From Spirochaetia bacterium (lineage in GTDB: Bacteria > Spirochaetota > Spirochaetia > DSM-2461): DNA of 64,000 bases. Shown in pieces: positions 10,472 to 21,336 of the stretch. The first letter of the stretch is position 1. Each line of letters opens with the position of its first letter. The stretch spans positions 2,848,001 to 2,912,000 of the forward strand of contig OY764216.1 in NCBI GenBank assembly GCA_963668315.1. Direction: 5' to 3'. The notes beneath the pieces were generated by a model that had not been told where the DNA came from, did not search any database, and saw nothing but the letters and a program-made list of their open reading frames with translations. Position numbers and translations under genes: made by a program.

Positions 10472-10915
10472 CTAAAAATGGTACCTTAATCCTATCCCGG
10501 CGTTGATTTCAAGATCGACGCCGGGATAGGCCATTACGGTCGGAGCGATTTCTCCGAAAAGTTCAAACCCCGTTGACATCCACCATTGAATCCCCAAGGG
10601 GACTCTGGCGCCCATGTAGAAAGTATGGGAATTGTCATTACTCAGGCCGGTTTTCATTCCTGCCTCTACACCTACCGCAAAATACCAGTCAAAGATTTCA
10701 GCGAAATGATCATTTATCAGCCACCAGTCTGTAATCAGGTCAAGGCGGTTGTCGTAACTGGATATCCCTGACAAACCGGCCGCAACAACGATGTTTTCCC
10801 TTTTCCAGGTTACTCCCGTAGGTTCCCCCAGGATTAAACCGATTCCCTGTTCTGCAGCCAGGGCGGAAGGAATCATCATAATTAGCATTACCGATTTGAT
10901 CATCCCGATTCTCAT
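10472..10915 (-). CDS. Small outer-membrane beta-barrel protein (spirochaete DUF3996/BAPKO_0422-like)
   Basis: Signal peptide; GLILGEPTG, GARVPLG, ELFGEIAP; C-terminal GIGLRYHF with terminal Phe. Confidence 0.7.
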   Translation of the reverse strand: MRIGMIKSVMLIMMIPSALAAEQGIGLILGEPTGVTWKRENIVVAAGLSGISSYDNRLDLITDWWLINDHFAEIFDWYFAVGVEAGMKTGLSNDNSHTFYMGARVPLGIQWWMSTGFELFGEIAPTVMAYPGVDLEINAGIGLRYHF

Positions 10916-11361
10916 GCCCGTTCCTCCCTTGGAATGTTATCATAATATAAATTATAATCGATGAAAGGGGAGAATGAAAGAATAAGGTTTTCTCACCATA
11001 TATTCCCTGGGAAGGGGCGTATAAAATCTTCATAATTTTCCCGGCGGTGTAATAAAAATAGAAAAAAGGCGGTTGAGATTATTTTATGGAAAAGCACTTT
11101 TATATGATCTGATCCGGGTTATGTGAGTATAAAATATTTGCATTAAAGGAAATAATATATTTTATGGTTGTCCGTTATATGACGGGGTATTAATAAATAG
11201 TGAAAATATTTGTTGTATATCTATACACACTTATGCTGTTTAATTATACTGAAAAAAAATTAAATAAAAACACTTTGATTCCGGGTGTCCCCAGATGATG
11301 AGGCCCTTTCCGGTTTTGAAAAAGATGTAAAATCCAAATTGTTTTTTAGGAGAAAGTTTCA

Positions 11362-12774
11362 ATGTCTAGTAGCAAAAAAAAGCTGGGTATTCCCAACGTC
11401 TATGTCATACTTTTCATGATGGTATTGCTGGCCGTTGTACTGACCTGGATCATTCCTGCCGGTCAGTTTGAAAGAGTGAAAATGGGGGGCCGAAACGTGG
11501 TTGTTCCCGACTCTTTTCAATTCGTTGAGAGAAATCCTCAGGGTCCATGGGCTCTTTTTCATTCCATTACTCTCGGATTTCAGGGATCCGCCTCGCTGAT
11601 CTTCATGATTTTCTTTGCCGGTGCGGCCATTCATATGCTGCAGGTCAGCGGCGCCATTGAAGTAAGCTTCAAAAAGCTGGCCAATCAGGTTCAGGGAAAA
11701 GAGTGGATCGCTATTTTTCTCGTTATGGCGGTTCTCTCCCTGGGAGGTGCTACGGGAGCCATAAGCAATGCCACCCTGGCCATGGTCCCCATAGGTATTC
11801 TACTGGCCCAGTCCATGGGTTTTGACAAGGCATTGGGTTTTGCGATTGTCTTCTTCGGTATGTTCTCCGGTTTCAATGTAGGATGGGCCAATGCCGGGAC
11901 CATCGGAATTGCCCAGGACATTGCGGAAATTCCCATGTTTTCCGGTATGAACGTCCGTGTCTATATCCATATCATCAACTTCGCTCTCTGCTATTTCTTT
12001 GTCCTCCGTTATGCCGGAGCCATTAAGAAAGACCATACAAAGAGCTTGAACTATGAAGAGGGAATGACCGTCAGCGAGGTTTTCTCTCCTGTGGAAGAGG
12101 GCACCCATACTGACGCCACCAGCCTTACCTGGAAACAGACCGTCAGTCTGATCGCCATTTTCATCAGTTTCGCCTTTGTTATTATCGGTGTTCTGAACTG
12201 GAAGTGGGGAGTTTCCCAGTACTCTACCGTTTTCCTGATCCTTTCTGTCTTTGTCGGACTGATCAACGGATTCGGGGTGAACGGCACGGCGAAGGAATTT
12301 ATCAAGGGATGCCAGCAGATGGTTTTTGCCGCCTTTATCGTAGGCCTTGCGCGGGGCATCACCATCGTTATGTCCAACGGCCTTATTCTGGATACGATCG
12401 TCAACTCCCTGTCTGTTCCTATTAAACATTTCGGTCCCGTTTTCGGCGCCAATATGATGTATCTCTCCAATATCATTATCAACCTGTTTATCTCCTCCGG
12501 TTCCGGACAGGCCACTTCGGTCATGCCCATCATGGTCCCTCTGGCTGATATCACCGGTATCACCCGCCAGGTTGCTGTTCAGGCCTATCAGTTCGGAGAC
12601 GGTTTCACCAACATCATTGTACCCACCGTGGGAACTCTCATGGGCGGACTGGGGTTCGCCAAGGTCTCCTATACCAAATATTTCAAATGGGTCTGGCCCC
12701 TTCTCGTCATGCAGCTGGCCATCGGCTTTGTGGCCATAACCATCCTGCAGACAATCGGCTGGACGGGAGTGTAA
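11362..12774 (+). CDS. YfcC family transporter
   Basis: LTWIIPAGQFER, ISSGSGQA, MPIMVPLAD, AYQFGDGFTN; many TMs. Confidence 0.9.
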   Translation: MSSSKKKLGIPNVYVILFMMVLLAVVLTWIIPAGQFERVKMGGRNVVVPDSFQFVERNPQGPWALFHSITLGFQGSASLIFMIFFAGAAIHMLQVSGAIEVSFKKLANQVQGKEWIAIFLVMAVLSLGGATGAISNATLAMVPIGILLAQSMGFDKALGFAIVFFGMFSGFNVGWANAGTIGIAQDIAEIPMFSGMNVRVYIHIINFALCYFFVLRYAGAIKKDHTKSLNYEEGMTVSEVFSPVEEGTHTDATSLTWKQTVSLIAIFISFAFVIIGVLNWKWGVSQYSTVFLILSVFVGLINGFGVNGTAKEFIKGCQQMVFAAFIVGLARGITIVMSNGLILDTIVNSLSVPIKHFGPVFGANMMYLSNIIINLFISSGSGQATSVMPIMVPLADITGITRQVAVQAYQFGDGFTNIIVPTVGTLMGGLGFAKVSYTKYFKWVWPLLVMQLAIGFVAITILQTIGWTGV

Positions 12775-12863
12775 AACCTCTTCGCTGAATCATGTTTCCG
12801 CCGGTTTCGCGAGCTCTCTCCGTTGCTCCCTGGACCGGCGTAATTTTTATGAGGGAAAAAAGA

Positions 12864-14054
12864 ATGATAGATATAAAAAAGGAAGTGGAGAAGGTTGAGG
12901 CCGATACTGTCAAAACCTGGAAGCATCTCCACAGAAATCCCGAATTAAGCGGGAAAGAGTTTCAGACATCGGCCTATGTCGAGAAAATCCTGCGGGAGGA
13001 GACTAGCGTTGACCGCATCTACAAGGTGGGAGAAACGGGTCTTCTTGTCGAGATTATCGGAAAAATCCCCGGAGAAGGGAAAGCCATGCTGCTCCGCGGA
13101 GATATGGACGCCCTCCCCGTTACCGAGGAAACGGGACTCCCCTATGCGTCGCAGAATCCCGGAGTGATGCATGCCTGCGGTCATGATGTGCATACATCCG
13201 TACTCCTGGGGACGGTTCGGGTATTGGATGGCATTAAGGATAAGTATTCCGGCAGGATCTTCTGCTTTTTCCAGCCCGCGGAGGAAACCCTCTCCGGTGC
13301 CAGGACCTTGCTGGAAGATTCTTCCCTTCCCTTTGACGAGATTCAGGGCGCCGTGGCGCTTCATGTCTCTCCCGAGATCCCCGCAGGTACCATCGGCATA
13401 AAACGGGGACCGATTCTGGCCGCTCCCGATCTCCTGGAAGTCACTATCCACGGCAGACAGGGACACGCCGCCCATCCCGATACGGTCCGTGATCCCATTA
13501 CCGCGGCGGCTCAGCTGATCATGTCCCTGCAGACTCTAGTATCCCGGGATACTTCCGCCACCGACTCTTCGGTCATTTCCTTCGGCACCATACAGGGCGG
13601 CGCTGTCAGCAATATTATCCCCGAAGAAGTCACTCTATCGGGAACGTTGAGGACATTGAATCCGGATACAAGAAAACTGATGCATCAGCGCATCAGCGAT
13701 GTCTGCGAAGGGGTATCCAAAACGACCCGAACGGAGATCACCTGCAGCATCAGTATGGGGCCGCCGCCGCTTATCTGCAGCGAAGAGTGGTTCGAACGGG
13801 TCTGTCGGGCCGGAACACAGCTCCTGGGCCCGGAGAATGTCATTATCATGGAACGCCCGTCCATGGGAGGGGAGGACTTTGCGTATATTATCGAGAAGAA
13901 ACCGGGGGCTTTCATCCGGCTGGGCAGCAGAACCCCCGGCGGCCCCTACGGTTCCATGCACTCTCCCACCTATTACAGTGATGAAAGCTGTTTGAAGACG
14001 GGGATGATCACCATGGTGGGCACGGTTCTGGATTTTCTGGGAACGGATGAGTAA
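12864..14054 (+). CDS. M20 family amidohydrolase/peptidase
   Basis: LHRNPELS, RGDMDALP, MHACGHDVH, FQPAEE, GGEDFA; ATG 12864 chosen for SD GAGGG (ORF track starts at 12792). Confidence 0.93.
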   Translation: MIDIKKEVEKVEADTVKTWKHLHRNPELSGKEFQTSAYVEKILREETSVDRIYKVGETGLLVEIIGKIPGEGKAMLLRGDMDALPVTEETGLPYASQNPGVMHACGHDVHTSVLLGTVRVLDGIKDKYSGRIFCFFQPAEETLSGARTLLEDSSLPFDEIQGAVALHVSPEIPAGTIGIKRGPILAAPDLLEVTIHGRQGHAAHPDTVRDPITAAAQLIMSLQTLVSRDTSATDSSVISFGTIQGGAVSNIIPEEVTLSGTLRTLNPDTRKLMHQRISDVCEGVSKTTRTEITCSISMGPPPLICSEEWFERVCRAGTQLLGPENVIIMERPSMGGEDFAYIIEKKPGAFIRLGSRTPGGPYGSMHSPTYYSDESCLKTGMITMVGTVLDFLGTDE

Positions 14055-14057
14055 CCC

Positions 14058-14615
14058 TTAGTGATGGGGGACGATAAAGAATATGATTTCCGAGGTCTTT
14101 TCGTGAATGTTACGGACCGAATGGGGCGCCTGGGAAGCCATGTTCAGCGAGTCCCCCTTGCTAAGGATAAAGGTTTCGTCGCCCAATCGGGCTTCCACCT
14201 TCCCCTTGTTGACAAACATAACCTGACTGCCGAACCGTTTGTATGAGGATGTCTCTTCCCCCGTACTGCTTCCCGGCTGAAGCTCCACAACGGCCACTTC
14301 CATTCTTTTGGAAAGGACGCTGTTCGTCGCAAAGGAGATGGCCACGTCATTATTGAGAGACGAAGCCAGCCGTCTGTTGTCTTTGCGTATGACCGGATTC
14401 TCGTCTTTCTGGGAAACCTCTTCAAAAAGCATCTGAATCGTTGTGCCCAGGGCGTTGGCTATTTTCACGAGAGTAGCGAGTGAAGGGGAGACTTTACCAT
14501 TCTCTATCTGGGAAATATAACTGGGGGAGAGCTCCGTCATTTCCGCCAGGCTTCTCAGGCTGAAACCGCAGAGCTCCCTGTTGTGTCTTATTACCGCCCC
14601 GATTTCCTTATTCAA
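14058..14615 (-). CDS. XRE-family HTH plus cupin transcriptional regulator
   Basis: LSPSYISQIENGKVSPSLATL HTH; C-terminal cupin (GDSL...PHSVRN). Confidence 0.88.
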   Translation of the reverse strand: MNKEIGAVIRHNRELCGFSLRSLAEMTELSPSYISQIENGKVSPSLATLVKIANALGTTIQMLFEEVSQKDENPVIRKDNRRLASSLNNDVAISFATNSVLSKRMEVAVVELQPGSSTGEETSSYKRFGSQVMFVNKGKVEARLGDETFILSKGDSLNMASQAPHSVRNIHEKTSEIIFFIVPHH

Positions 14616-14740
14616 AGCAACTTCCCCTTTCCTTGTCCCCTGTTCCGCGGATCATGGTTACAGAATTATACCTGGATTCTCACCCTTATCAAAGCCCCGG
14701 TACTTTCCGGAAGGGCTGAAAGGGTAAGAACATGACAATC

Positions 14741-14779
14741 CTAACAGAAAACTAACAATTCATAAACAGAGAATTAACC
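14741..14779 (+). promoter_or_regulatory. Pho-box-like array of four hexamers at 11-bp period
   Basis: CTAACA 14741, CTAACA 14752, TAAACA 14763, TTAACC 14774 upstream of pstC. Confidence 0.75.
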
Positions 14780-14815
14780 GTTGTCTCATATATTTGGCCG
14801 CAAAGGAGTCGACCA

Positions 14816-15694
14816 TTGAATAAAATGCGGTTAGTGGGCGAGAATGTCATGGAAAAAGTTCTCATGCTCTGCGCCTTCATATCAATTATCAGTGTTCTTT
14901 TCATGACCATTTTTATTTTTAAAGAAGGGATGCCCCTATTTAAACATGTGGGTCTGGGGGAGTTCCTCTTCGGTACAAAATGGGACCCCCAGGGAGAAGA
15001 ACCGCTTTTCGGAATATTCCCCTTCATTGTCGGGTCTGTCTTTGTGACCCTTCTTTCCATGGTCATCGCCGTACCCATCGGATTGGCGGTGGGAATTTTC
15101 ATGGCCGAGTTTGCCAAGGGGCGGATGGCTGAAATCCTGAGAAGCGTCATAGAGCTTCTCGCGGGAATCCCGTCGGTCATCTACGGGCTTTTCGGTTATA
15201 TCGCCATTGCCCCGATCATCAGAAATCTGACCAGCAGCAACACGGGTATGGGGGTTCTAACGGGAGCCATCGTCCTGGCTATCATGATCCTGCCCACCAT
15301 CATAAATATTACCGAAGTCTCTCTCCGGGCCGTCCCGGAGCATCTGAAAGAGGGCTCCATGGGGGTGGGAGCTTCCCACTGGCAGACCATTGTGAAAATA
15401 CTGGTCCCCGCCGCCAAGTCGGGTATTACCGCCGGGGTTATTCTGGCCATGGGACGGTCCATCGGTGAGACCATGGCGGTTCTCATGGTGGCGGGAAACA
15501 GTCCCACCATGCCCAGGGGAATTCTATCCAGCACAAGAACCCTGACCATGAATATCGCCACAGGCATCAGTTATGCTTCGGGAGACCACTGGGTCAGTCT
15601 CTTCACGACCGGTATGGTCCTCTTCGTTTTCATACTGGCCCTAAACCTTGTGGTACAGATATTTATCAAGCACTCTATGGAGAACAATTCCTGA
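14816..15694 (+). CDS. pstC: Phosphate ABC transporter permease PstC
   Basis: ELLAGIPSVIYG, LAIMILPTI, GRSIGETMAVLMVAGN. Confidence 0.95.
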   Translation: MNKMRLVGENVMEKVLMLCAFISIISVLFMTIFIFKEGMPLFKHVGLGEFLFGTKWDPQGEEPLFGIFPFIVGSVFVTLLSMVIAVPIGLAVGIFMAEFAKGRMAEILRSVIELLAGIPSVIYGLFGYIAIAPIIRNLTSSNTGMGVLTGAIVLAIMILPTIINITEVSLRAVPEHLKEGSMGVGASHWQTIVKILVPAAKSGITAGVILAMGRSIGETMAVLMVAGNSPTMPRGILSSTRTLTMNIATGISYASGDHWVSLFTTGMVLFVFILALNLVVQIFIKHSMENNS

Positions 15695-17316
15695 TGGAAA
15701 TTTCCGCAAATACCAAGAAAATACATCGAAACGAAAACATTGCCCGGGGGTTTATCTGGGGATTCGCCGGATTGACGATTGTCATCCTCGTCTGGATTCT
15801 GGGGTTTATACTGGTCAAAGGGTTCTACTCCAATAATATGGTCGGCTATGAGTTTGCCGATATCAGTGACGATGTGGTCACCCTGGATGACGGTTCTGAG
15901 GTCATTTTTATCGCCAATGACAAGGTACGCATCAAGGATATGACTCCCGATAATCTGCAGGAACTGTATAGCCGGGTAATCCGCGAGTTGAACAAGTGGT
16001 CCGACTTTACCGAACAGGCCCTTCTGTGCCAGCCCTTTGCTTTCCGTGACGGGAGTCCCCTGGACGGGAGTGTCAAGACTTTTCTTCTGAAAAAGGAAGG
16101 CCTGGACGACTGGAAAAGCTATACCCTGTTCGCCGAGGATTCGGAAGATATGATCTCCCGGGTCGGTTCCACCAAGGGCGCTCTGGGATATATCCCCGCC
16201 GGGGACCGAAATCTGCTCACCGATGATGTTGTTGTGATCCCCGTCAGATCCGTTCAGGTCATGATGAATCAGGCCGCTCTGGCCGTTGAAAACAACAAAA
16301 GCTTTCAGGAATACACCGAGGATACACTCAAACAGATCTTTACCGGCCGGATAATCAGCATGACCGCGGTGGGGGGCCTTTCCCTCGCACCGGTTACGGC
16401 CGTCGCTCCCAATGTGGATCTCTCCCTGGTCCGGTCCTGGTTCGGTGAGGGGTTCAAGGCTAAGGAGTTCTCCTCCATGGATGACTATTATCAGTTCATG
16501 TCCCATAATCCCGGAGCGGTGGGGCTGGTGAACTATACGGGCTATGTCCCCTCCGATGCCTACGATACCGTAACCGTTCAGAGAAGAGAAAGGGGCTTGA
16601 ACCTGGACTTCTGGTTTCTCATAGAAAAACCCGCCGAGGGAGATGCGGGAGGTATATCCTACTTCATCGTCAATACTCTGCTCATGATATTCATGACCCT
16701 GATCTTTTCCGCCCCCGTCGGTATTCTGGCGGCCATCTATCTGGTGGAATACGCCAAGCAGGGGCCTCTGGTTCAGGTCTTGAGAATGGGTACGGAAACT
16801 CTGGCGGGAATCCCCTCCATAGTCTTCGGCCTTTTCGGACGGATCTTCTTTGTCAATATTCTCGGGATGGGCATCGGATTCATATCCAGCACCCTCACGG
16901 TGACGCTGATGATTCTTCCCACCCTCGTCAGAACATCGGAAGAGGCTATCAAGTCGGTCCCCCCCATTCTGAGGGAGGGGAGCATGGGGCTGGGTGCTAC
17001 CAAATGGCAGACTATATTCCGGGTTGTCCTCCCCGCGGCGAGCCAGGGAATCCTCACCGGCGTTATCCTGGCCGTCGGCCGGGTCGCCGGGGAAACGGCC
17101 GTTCTGCTGTACACCCTGGGGTCCAGTTATGACCTCATCAGAAATCTGCACTCCCCGGCCCGTGTTCTCTCTCTGCACTTGTACCTTCTCTTCTCGGAGG
17201 CCATCTCCTTTGACAGGGCCTTTGCCACAGGAACGGTTCTGGTTGTAATCGTGCTGATCACCAACCTGCTCACGAGAAGTCTTATCAGAAAAAATCAGAA
17301 GATGGTGGGCCGCTAG
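15694..17316 (+). CDS. pstA: Phosphate ABC permease PstA with a large periplasmic PstS-like insert
   Basis: C-terminal [21 protein letters not shown]; about 260-aa soluble insert after TM1. Confidence 0.9.
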   Translation: MEISANTKKIHRNENIARGFIWGFAGLTIVILVWILGFILVKGFYSNNMVGYEFADISDDVVTLDDGSEVIFIANDKVRIKDMTPDNLQELYSRVIRELNKWSDFTEQALLCQPFAFRDGSPLDGSVKTFLLKKEGLDDWKSYTLFAEDSEDMISRVGSTKGALGYIPAGDRNLLTDDVVVIPVRSVQVMMNQAALAVENNKSFQEYTEDTLKQIFTGRIISMTAVGGLSLAPVTAVAPNVDLSLVRSWFGEGFKAKEFSSMDDYYQFMSHNPGAVGLVNYTGYVPSDAYDTVTVQRRERGLNLDFWFLIEKPAEGDAGGISYFIVNTLLMIFMTLIFSAPVGILAAIYLVEYAKQGPLVQVLRMGTETLAGIPSIVFGLFGRIFFVNILGMGIGFISSTLTVTLMILPTLVRTSEEAIKSVPPILREGSMGLGATKWQTIFRVVLPAASQGILTGVILAVGRVAGETAVLLYTLGSSYDLIRNLHSPARVLSLHLYLLFSEAISFDRAFATGTVLVVIVLITNLLTRSLIRKNQKMVGR

Positions 17317-17339
17317 AGGCCCGGATAGGAGTAAATACC

Positions 17340-18095
17340 ATGTCCATTATGATAGAAGTAAAAAAACTGGATCTCCATTACGGCGATTTCAAAGCCCTCC
17401 ACGGGATCGATATGAAGATCGAAGAGAATGAGGTTACAGCCCTCATCGGACCTTCGGGATGCGGAAAATCCACATTCATCAGAACGATAAACAGAATGAA
17501 CGACCTTATTGACAGCGTTCGGATCGACGGTGAGATCTACTACGGCGGCGAGAATATCTACAATGAGAAATACGATGTCATAGAATTGCGCAAGAGAATC
17601 GGCATGGTTTTTCAGAAGCCCAATCCCTTTCCCATGTCCATCTACGACAATATCGCCTACGGCCCCCGCATCCATGGTAAGAAGAATAAGGCCGAACTGG
17701 ATATCATCGTTGAGAGAAGCCTTCATCATGCCGCCCTCTGGGATGAAGTCAAAGACAGGATTCACTCTCCCGCCATGGGATTGTCCGGCGGTCAGCAGCA
17801 GAGACTCTGCCTGGCCAGGACTCTGGCGGTTGAGCCGGAAGTCGTCCTTATGGATGAGCCCACCTCGGCTCTGGACCCGGTGTCCACCTCGAAGATTGAA
17901 GATCTGGTTCACGAATTGAAAAAGGATTATACTATTGTTATCGTGACTCACAACATGCAGCAGGCAGGCCGTATCTCCGATAAAACCGCCTTTTTTCTGA
18001 ATGGTTATATTGAGGAGTTCGGCGCCACAGACAAGATCTTTTTTAATCCTGAAAGTTCAAAGACAGAGGCGTATATCTCGGGAAAATTCGGTTGA
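17340..18095 (+). CDS. pstB: Phosphate ABC ATPase PstB
   Basis: [36 protein letters not shown]. Confidence 0.97.
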   Translation: MSIMIEVKKLDLHYGDFKALHGIDMKIEENEVTALIGPSGCGKSTFIRTINRMNDLIDSVRIDGEIYYGGENIYNEKYDVIELRKRIGMVFQKPNPFPMSIYDNIAYGPRIHGKKNKAELDIIVERSLHHAALWDEVKDRIHSPAMGLSGGQQQRLCLARTLAVEPEVVLMDEPTSALDPVSTSKIEDLVHELKKDYTIVIVTHNMQQAGRISDKTAFFLNGYIEEFGATDKIFFNPESSKTEAYISGKFG

Positions 18096-18165
18096 TATAC
18101 CAGGAACGGACAGGACAGTTATTACCTGAAAAGGCAGTTTGCGTAATGTATACGGAGGAAATGAA

Positions 18166-18819
18166 GTGAGTATCAGACAACACTTTGACGATGAAATAGG
18201 ATCTTTGAACAAGGAAATCCTGAAAATGGGACTTCTGGTGGAAGAGGCCGTGAAGAACGGCATGGAATCTTTCAAGAGTCAGGACAGGGAGAAAGCCCGG
18301 ATTGTCATAGACAATGATGATGAAATAAACAGCATGGAGAACGCTCTCTGTGATCACTGCGCCATTCTGCTGGCCAAGGAGCAGCCCGTGGCGTCCGATT
18401 TGCGCCATATCGTGGGGGCCATAAAGATCATAACCCAGCTGGAAAGAATCGCCGATCATGGTGTCCACCTGGCGAAAAAGGCCATCGTTCTGGCCGATCA
18501 GACCTATATTTCGCCCATCGTTAATCTTCCCCGGATGGAGGAGATCGGCCGGACGATGCTGGTCGATGCCCTGAACGCCTTTGTGGACAGGGATTCGGAA
18601 GCCGCCGAGGAGATCGCCTCCCGTGATGGTCAGATTGACGAGCTGTACAACCAGGTGACCCGTGTCGTCCTTACCTATATCCTGGAGGATAATACCAAGA
18701 TAGAGCAGGGTATCGAGCTGATAAATGTGGCCCGTTTTCTGGAAAGGTTCGGAGACCATGTGAAAAATATCTGCGAATGGGTTATTTTTTCAGAAAGGGG
18801 AGAGCACGCGGACCTTTAG
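18166..18819 (+). CDS. phoU: Phosphate signalling protein PhoU
   Basis: QPVASDLR, LERIADH, LERFGDH..NICEWV; GTG 18166 follows SD GGAGG. Confidence 0.95.
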   Translation: MSIRQHFDDEIGSLNKEILKMGLLVEEAVKNGMESFKSQDREKARIVIDNDDEINSMENALCDHCAILLAKEQPVASDLRHIVGAIKIITQLERIADHGVHLAKKAIVLADQTYISPIVNLPRMEEIGRTMLVDALNAFVDRDSEAAEEIASRDGQIDELYNQVTRVVLTYILEDNTKIEQGIELINVARFLERFGDHVKNICEWVIFSERGEHADL

Positions 18820-18846
18820 GAGCCGCGGCTGGAGTGAGGAGAAGAG

Positions 18847-19554
18847 ATGGATCATCCGGAAAAAAAGGAAAAGCTGCTGGTCGTGGAGGATGAAGTGGAT
18901 ATCAGGGAACTGATCTCCTTTAATCTGGAAATGTGCGGGTACGAAGTCATCCGGGCCTCGGACGGTCTGGAGGGGTGGGAAAAGGCCCGTTCCGAAAATC
19001 CCGATCTGATAGTTCTGGATCTCATGCTCCCCGGTATCGACGGTTTCGAGGTTTGCAAACGGCTCCGCTCCGAAAAGGCCACTCTCTCCATTCCCATCAT
19101 CATGCTCACGGCCCGTTCGGAAGAGGAGAACATGGTAAAGGGACTGGAGCTGGGAGCGGATGATTACGTGACCAAGCCCTTCAGCCCCCGTGTTCTTGTC
19201 GCCCGGGTCAAAGCGGTCCTGAGGCGCAAGGGCGTCCTGAAGGAGACCACCAGCCACCGAGTCGTCTCCCTCCACGGCATAACCATCGATCCCGCCCGTC
19301 ATGAAGTGCGGGCAGGGGGTAAAAGCGTTACCCTGTCGGCCACGGAATTCAGCATTCTTTTCTTCCTTGCCGAGAATCCCGGCTGGGTCTTCTCCCGAAG
19401 CCAGATCATTGATGCGGTGAAAGGGGAGGATTATCCTGTCACGAGCCGTTCCGTGGACGTTCAGATTCTGGGAATCAGAAAGAAGCTGGGCGATCTGGGG
19501 GACTGCATCGAAACGGTCCGCGGCGTCGGCTACCGTATGGTAAGTGTGGAATAA
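18847..19554 (+). CDS. phoB: OmpR-family response regulator PhoB/PhoP
   Basis: LDLMLP, GADDYVTKPFS, ETVRGVGY; pst operon context. Confidence 0.88.
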   Translation: MDHPEKKEKLLVVEDEVDIRELISFNLEMCGYEVIRASDGLEGWEKARSENPDLIVLDLMLPGIDGFEVCKRLRSEKATLSIPIIMLTARSEEENMVKGLELGADDYVTKPFSPRVLVARVKAVLRRKGVLKETTSHRVVSLHGITIDPARHEVRAGGKSVTLSATEFSILFFLAENPGWVFSRSQIIDAVKGEDYPVTSRSVDVQILGIRKKLGDLGDCIETVRGVGYRMVSVE

Positions 19555-21291
19555 ATGAGAAGTTTTTTTTCCCGATATTTTACCGCCCATCTGATGATAC
19601 TCCTGGTTTCCCTGTTCTCCGTGGGAATATCCGGCATCATTTCCATGAATCATTTCCTCTTCAGCGACAATACCGAGAGGCAGCTCCTTTTTACCAGAAC
19701 GCTGGGAGCCATGTATCTGGAGGCGGAGCTGAGGGAAGGGGATATCCAGGAATATCTGAATTCCCTGAACCTGGACGAGAGGTTCCGCATCACACTGATT
19801 AAAGCGGACGGAACCGTCGTCGGAGACACGTCGGCCGATTACCGGTTTATGGATAACCACGGCAACAGGCCCGAAGTCATTCAGGCGCTGGGGCAGGGTG
19901 AGGGGACCTCCAAGCGGCTCAGCGCCACGTTGCGGGAATCCCTCCTCTATACGGCTATATATCATGAGCCTTCGGGGCTTGTCTTCCGGGTTTCCACCGT
20001 GGTGGGGAATATCGACCGTATGGTGACCCAGATGGCATTCCGCACGGGACTTATTACGATAATTGTTCTCCTCTTCGCCCTTATCGTCAGTTTCAGCCAG
20101 ACCAACTCCATCAACCGCATGCTTAAATCCATCATCGCCGTGGTCAGCGACTACGCCGGCGGGAATTTCCACCAGAACCTTTACCTGGGCGGCTTCAGCG
20201 AAGCGGTGGAAGTGGGCGATGCGGTCAACGCCATGGGGCGGCAGCTGAAGGAGAAAATTGAGACGGTCACCATTCAGCGCAACAAGAGCGAAGCCATGCT
20301 GAACAATATGGTGGAGCCGGTGATCTATCTTGACAGCAACCTTGTTATCCATGATATCAACCAGGCCGCCCTGAAGATGATAGGCCGCTCCTTCTCCCAG
20401 TGCCTGGGAAAGAATCTTCTCCAGGTCATAAGAAATATCGATCTCTGCCGCCTGGCCGAGGAGTGCCTGGAGAGTGACACTCCCGTCTCTCAGGTCATCA
20501 GCCACAAAAGTCATCACTATATGGTCCAGGGTACTACGATTGACTCCCATGAGGAGGGAGATTCCAGCGTGCTTCTGGTTATGAATGACGTGACCGATAT
20601 CAAGCAGATGGAACTCCTGAGAAAGGACTTTGTCGCCAACGTCTCCCATGAACTGCGGACTCCCATCACATCGATTATCGGCTTTGTCGAGACTTTGCGC
20701 TTCATGCCGGGGGAACGTTCGGCCCAGCAGGAGAAATTTCTGGAGATCATACACACCCAGTCTCAGCGTCTCGGCGAGATCGTCAATGACCTGCTGGCAC
20801 TGGCCTCCCTGGAGGACGGTCATTCCCTTGAGAAGGAATCGGTCCCTCTGGCCGATATTGTCCGCGAGGCCGAGTCGGTCTGCCAGTCCAGGGCCGATGA
20901 AAGAAATATCCGCTTTATCCACGACTTCGATGAGAACCTCAACCTCTGCTGCCATAGAAATCTGACCGCCCAGGCTCTGGTCAACTATCTGGATAATGCG
21001 ATCAAGTACGGTCCTTCCGATGACGTCATCACCATACGGGCCGCCGAAGAGGGAAGCCAGACGGTGATTTCCGTTATCGACAGGGGGAACGGTATTCCCC
21101 TGGAACGGCAGGAACGGCTTTTTGAAAGATTCTACCGTGTAGACAAAGCCAGAAGCCGTGAAATCGGCGGCACGGGACTGGGGCTTTCCATCGTCAAGCA
21201 TATCGCTTTGAAACACGGGGGAAGAGCCGGTGTCGAAAGTATTCCCGGTCAGGGCGCCCGTTTTTTTATGACATTCGCAAAAATTAAGTAA
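19555..21291 (+). CDS. phoR: Sensor histidine kinase PhoR
   Basis: MDNHGNRPEV Cache, PAS, FVANVSHELRTP, FERFYRVDKARSR, GGTGLGL. Confidence 0.9.
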   Translation: MRSFFSRYFTAHLMILLVSLFSVGISGIISMNHFLFSDNTERQLLFTRTLGAMYLEAELREGDIQEYLNSLNLDERFRITLIKADGTVVGDTSADYRFMDNHGNRPEVIQALGQGEGTSKRLSATLRESLLYTAIYHEPSGLVFRVSTVVGNIDRMVTQMAFRTGLITIIVLLFALIVSFSQTNSINRMLKSIIAVVSDYAGGNFHQNLYLGGFSEAVEVGDAVNAMGRQLKEKIETVTIQRNKSEAMLNNMVEPVIYLDSNLVIHDINQAALKMIGRSFSQCLGKNLLQVIRNIDLCRLAEECLESDTPVSQVISHKSHHYMVQGTTIDSHEEGDSSVLLVMNDVTDIKQMELLRKDFVANVSHELRTPITSIIGFVETLRFMPGERSAQQEKFLEIIHTQSQRLGEIVNDLLALASLEDGHSLEKESVPLADIVREAESVCQSRADERNIRFIHDFDENLNLCCHRNLTAQALVNYLDNAIKYGPSDDVITIRAAEEGSQTVISVIDRGNGIPLERQERLFERFYRVDKARSREIGGTGLGLSIVKHIALKHGGRAGVESIPGQGARFFMTFAKIK

Positions 21292-21301
21292 TGAAAACTT
21301 C

Positions 21302-21330
21302 TTGAAATCCCCTTACTAATACCTTAAAAT
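21302..21330 (+). promoter_or_regulatory. Sigma70-type promoter of cheR (probably leaderless)
   Basis: TTGAAA-17-TAAAAT, then 6 nt to ATG 21337; no SD. Confidence 0.55.
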
Positions 21331-21336
21331 TCAGTT

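Noticed and set aside
18790..21216. 808-aa minus-strand ORF
   Set aside because: Lies wholly antisense to phoB/phoR, has no recognisable motifs; codon-bias shadow
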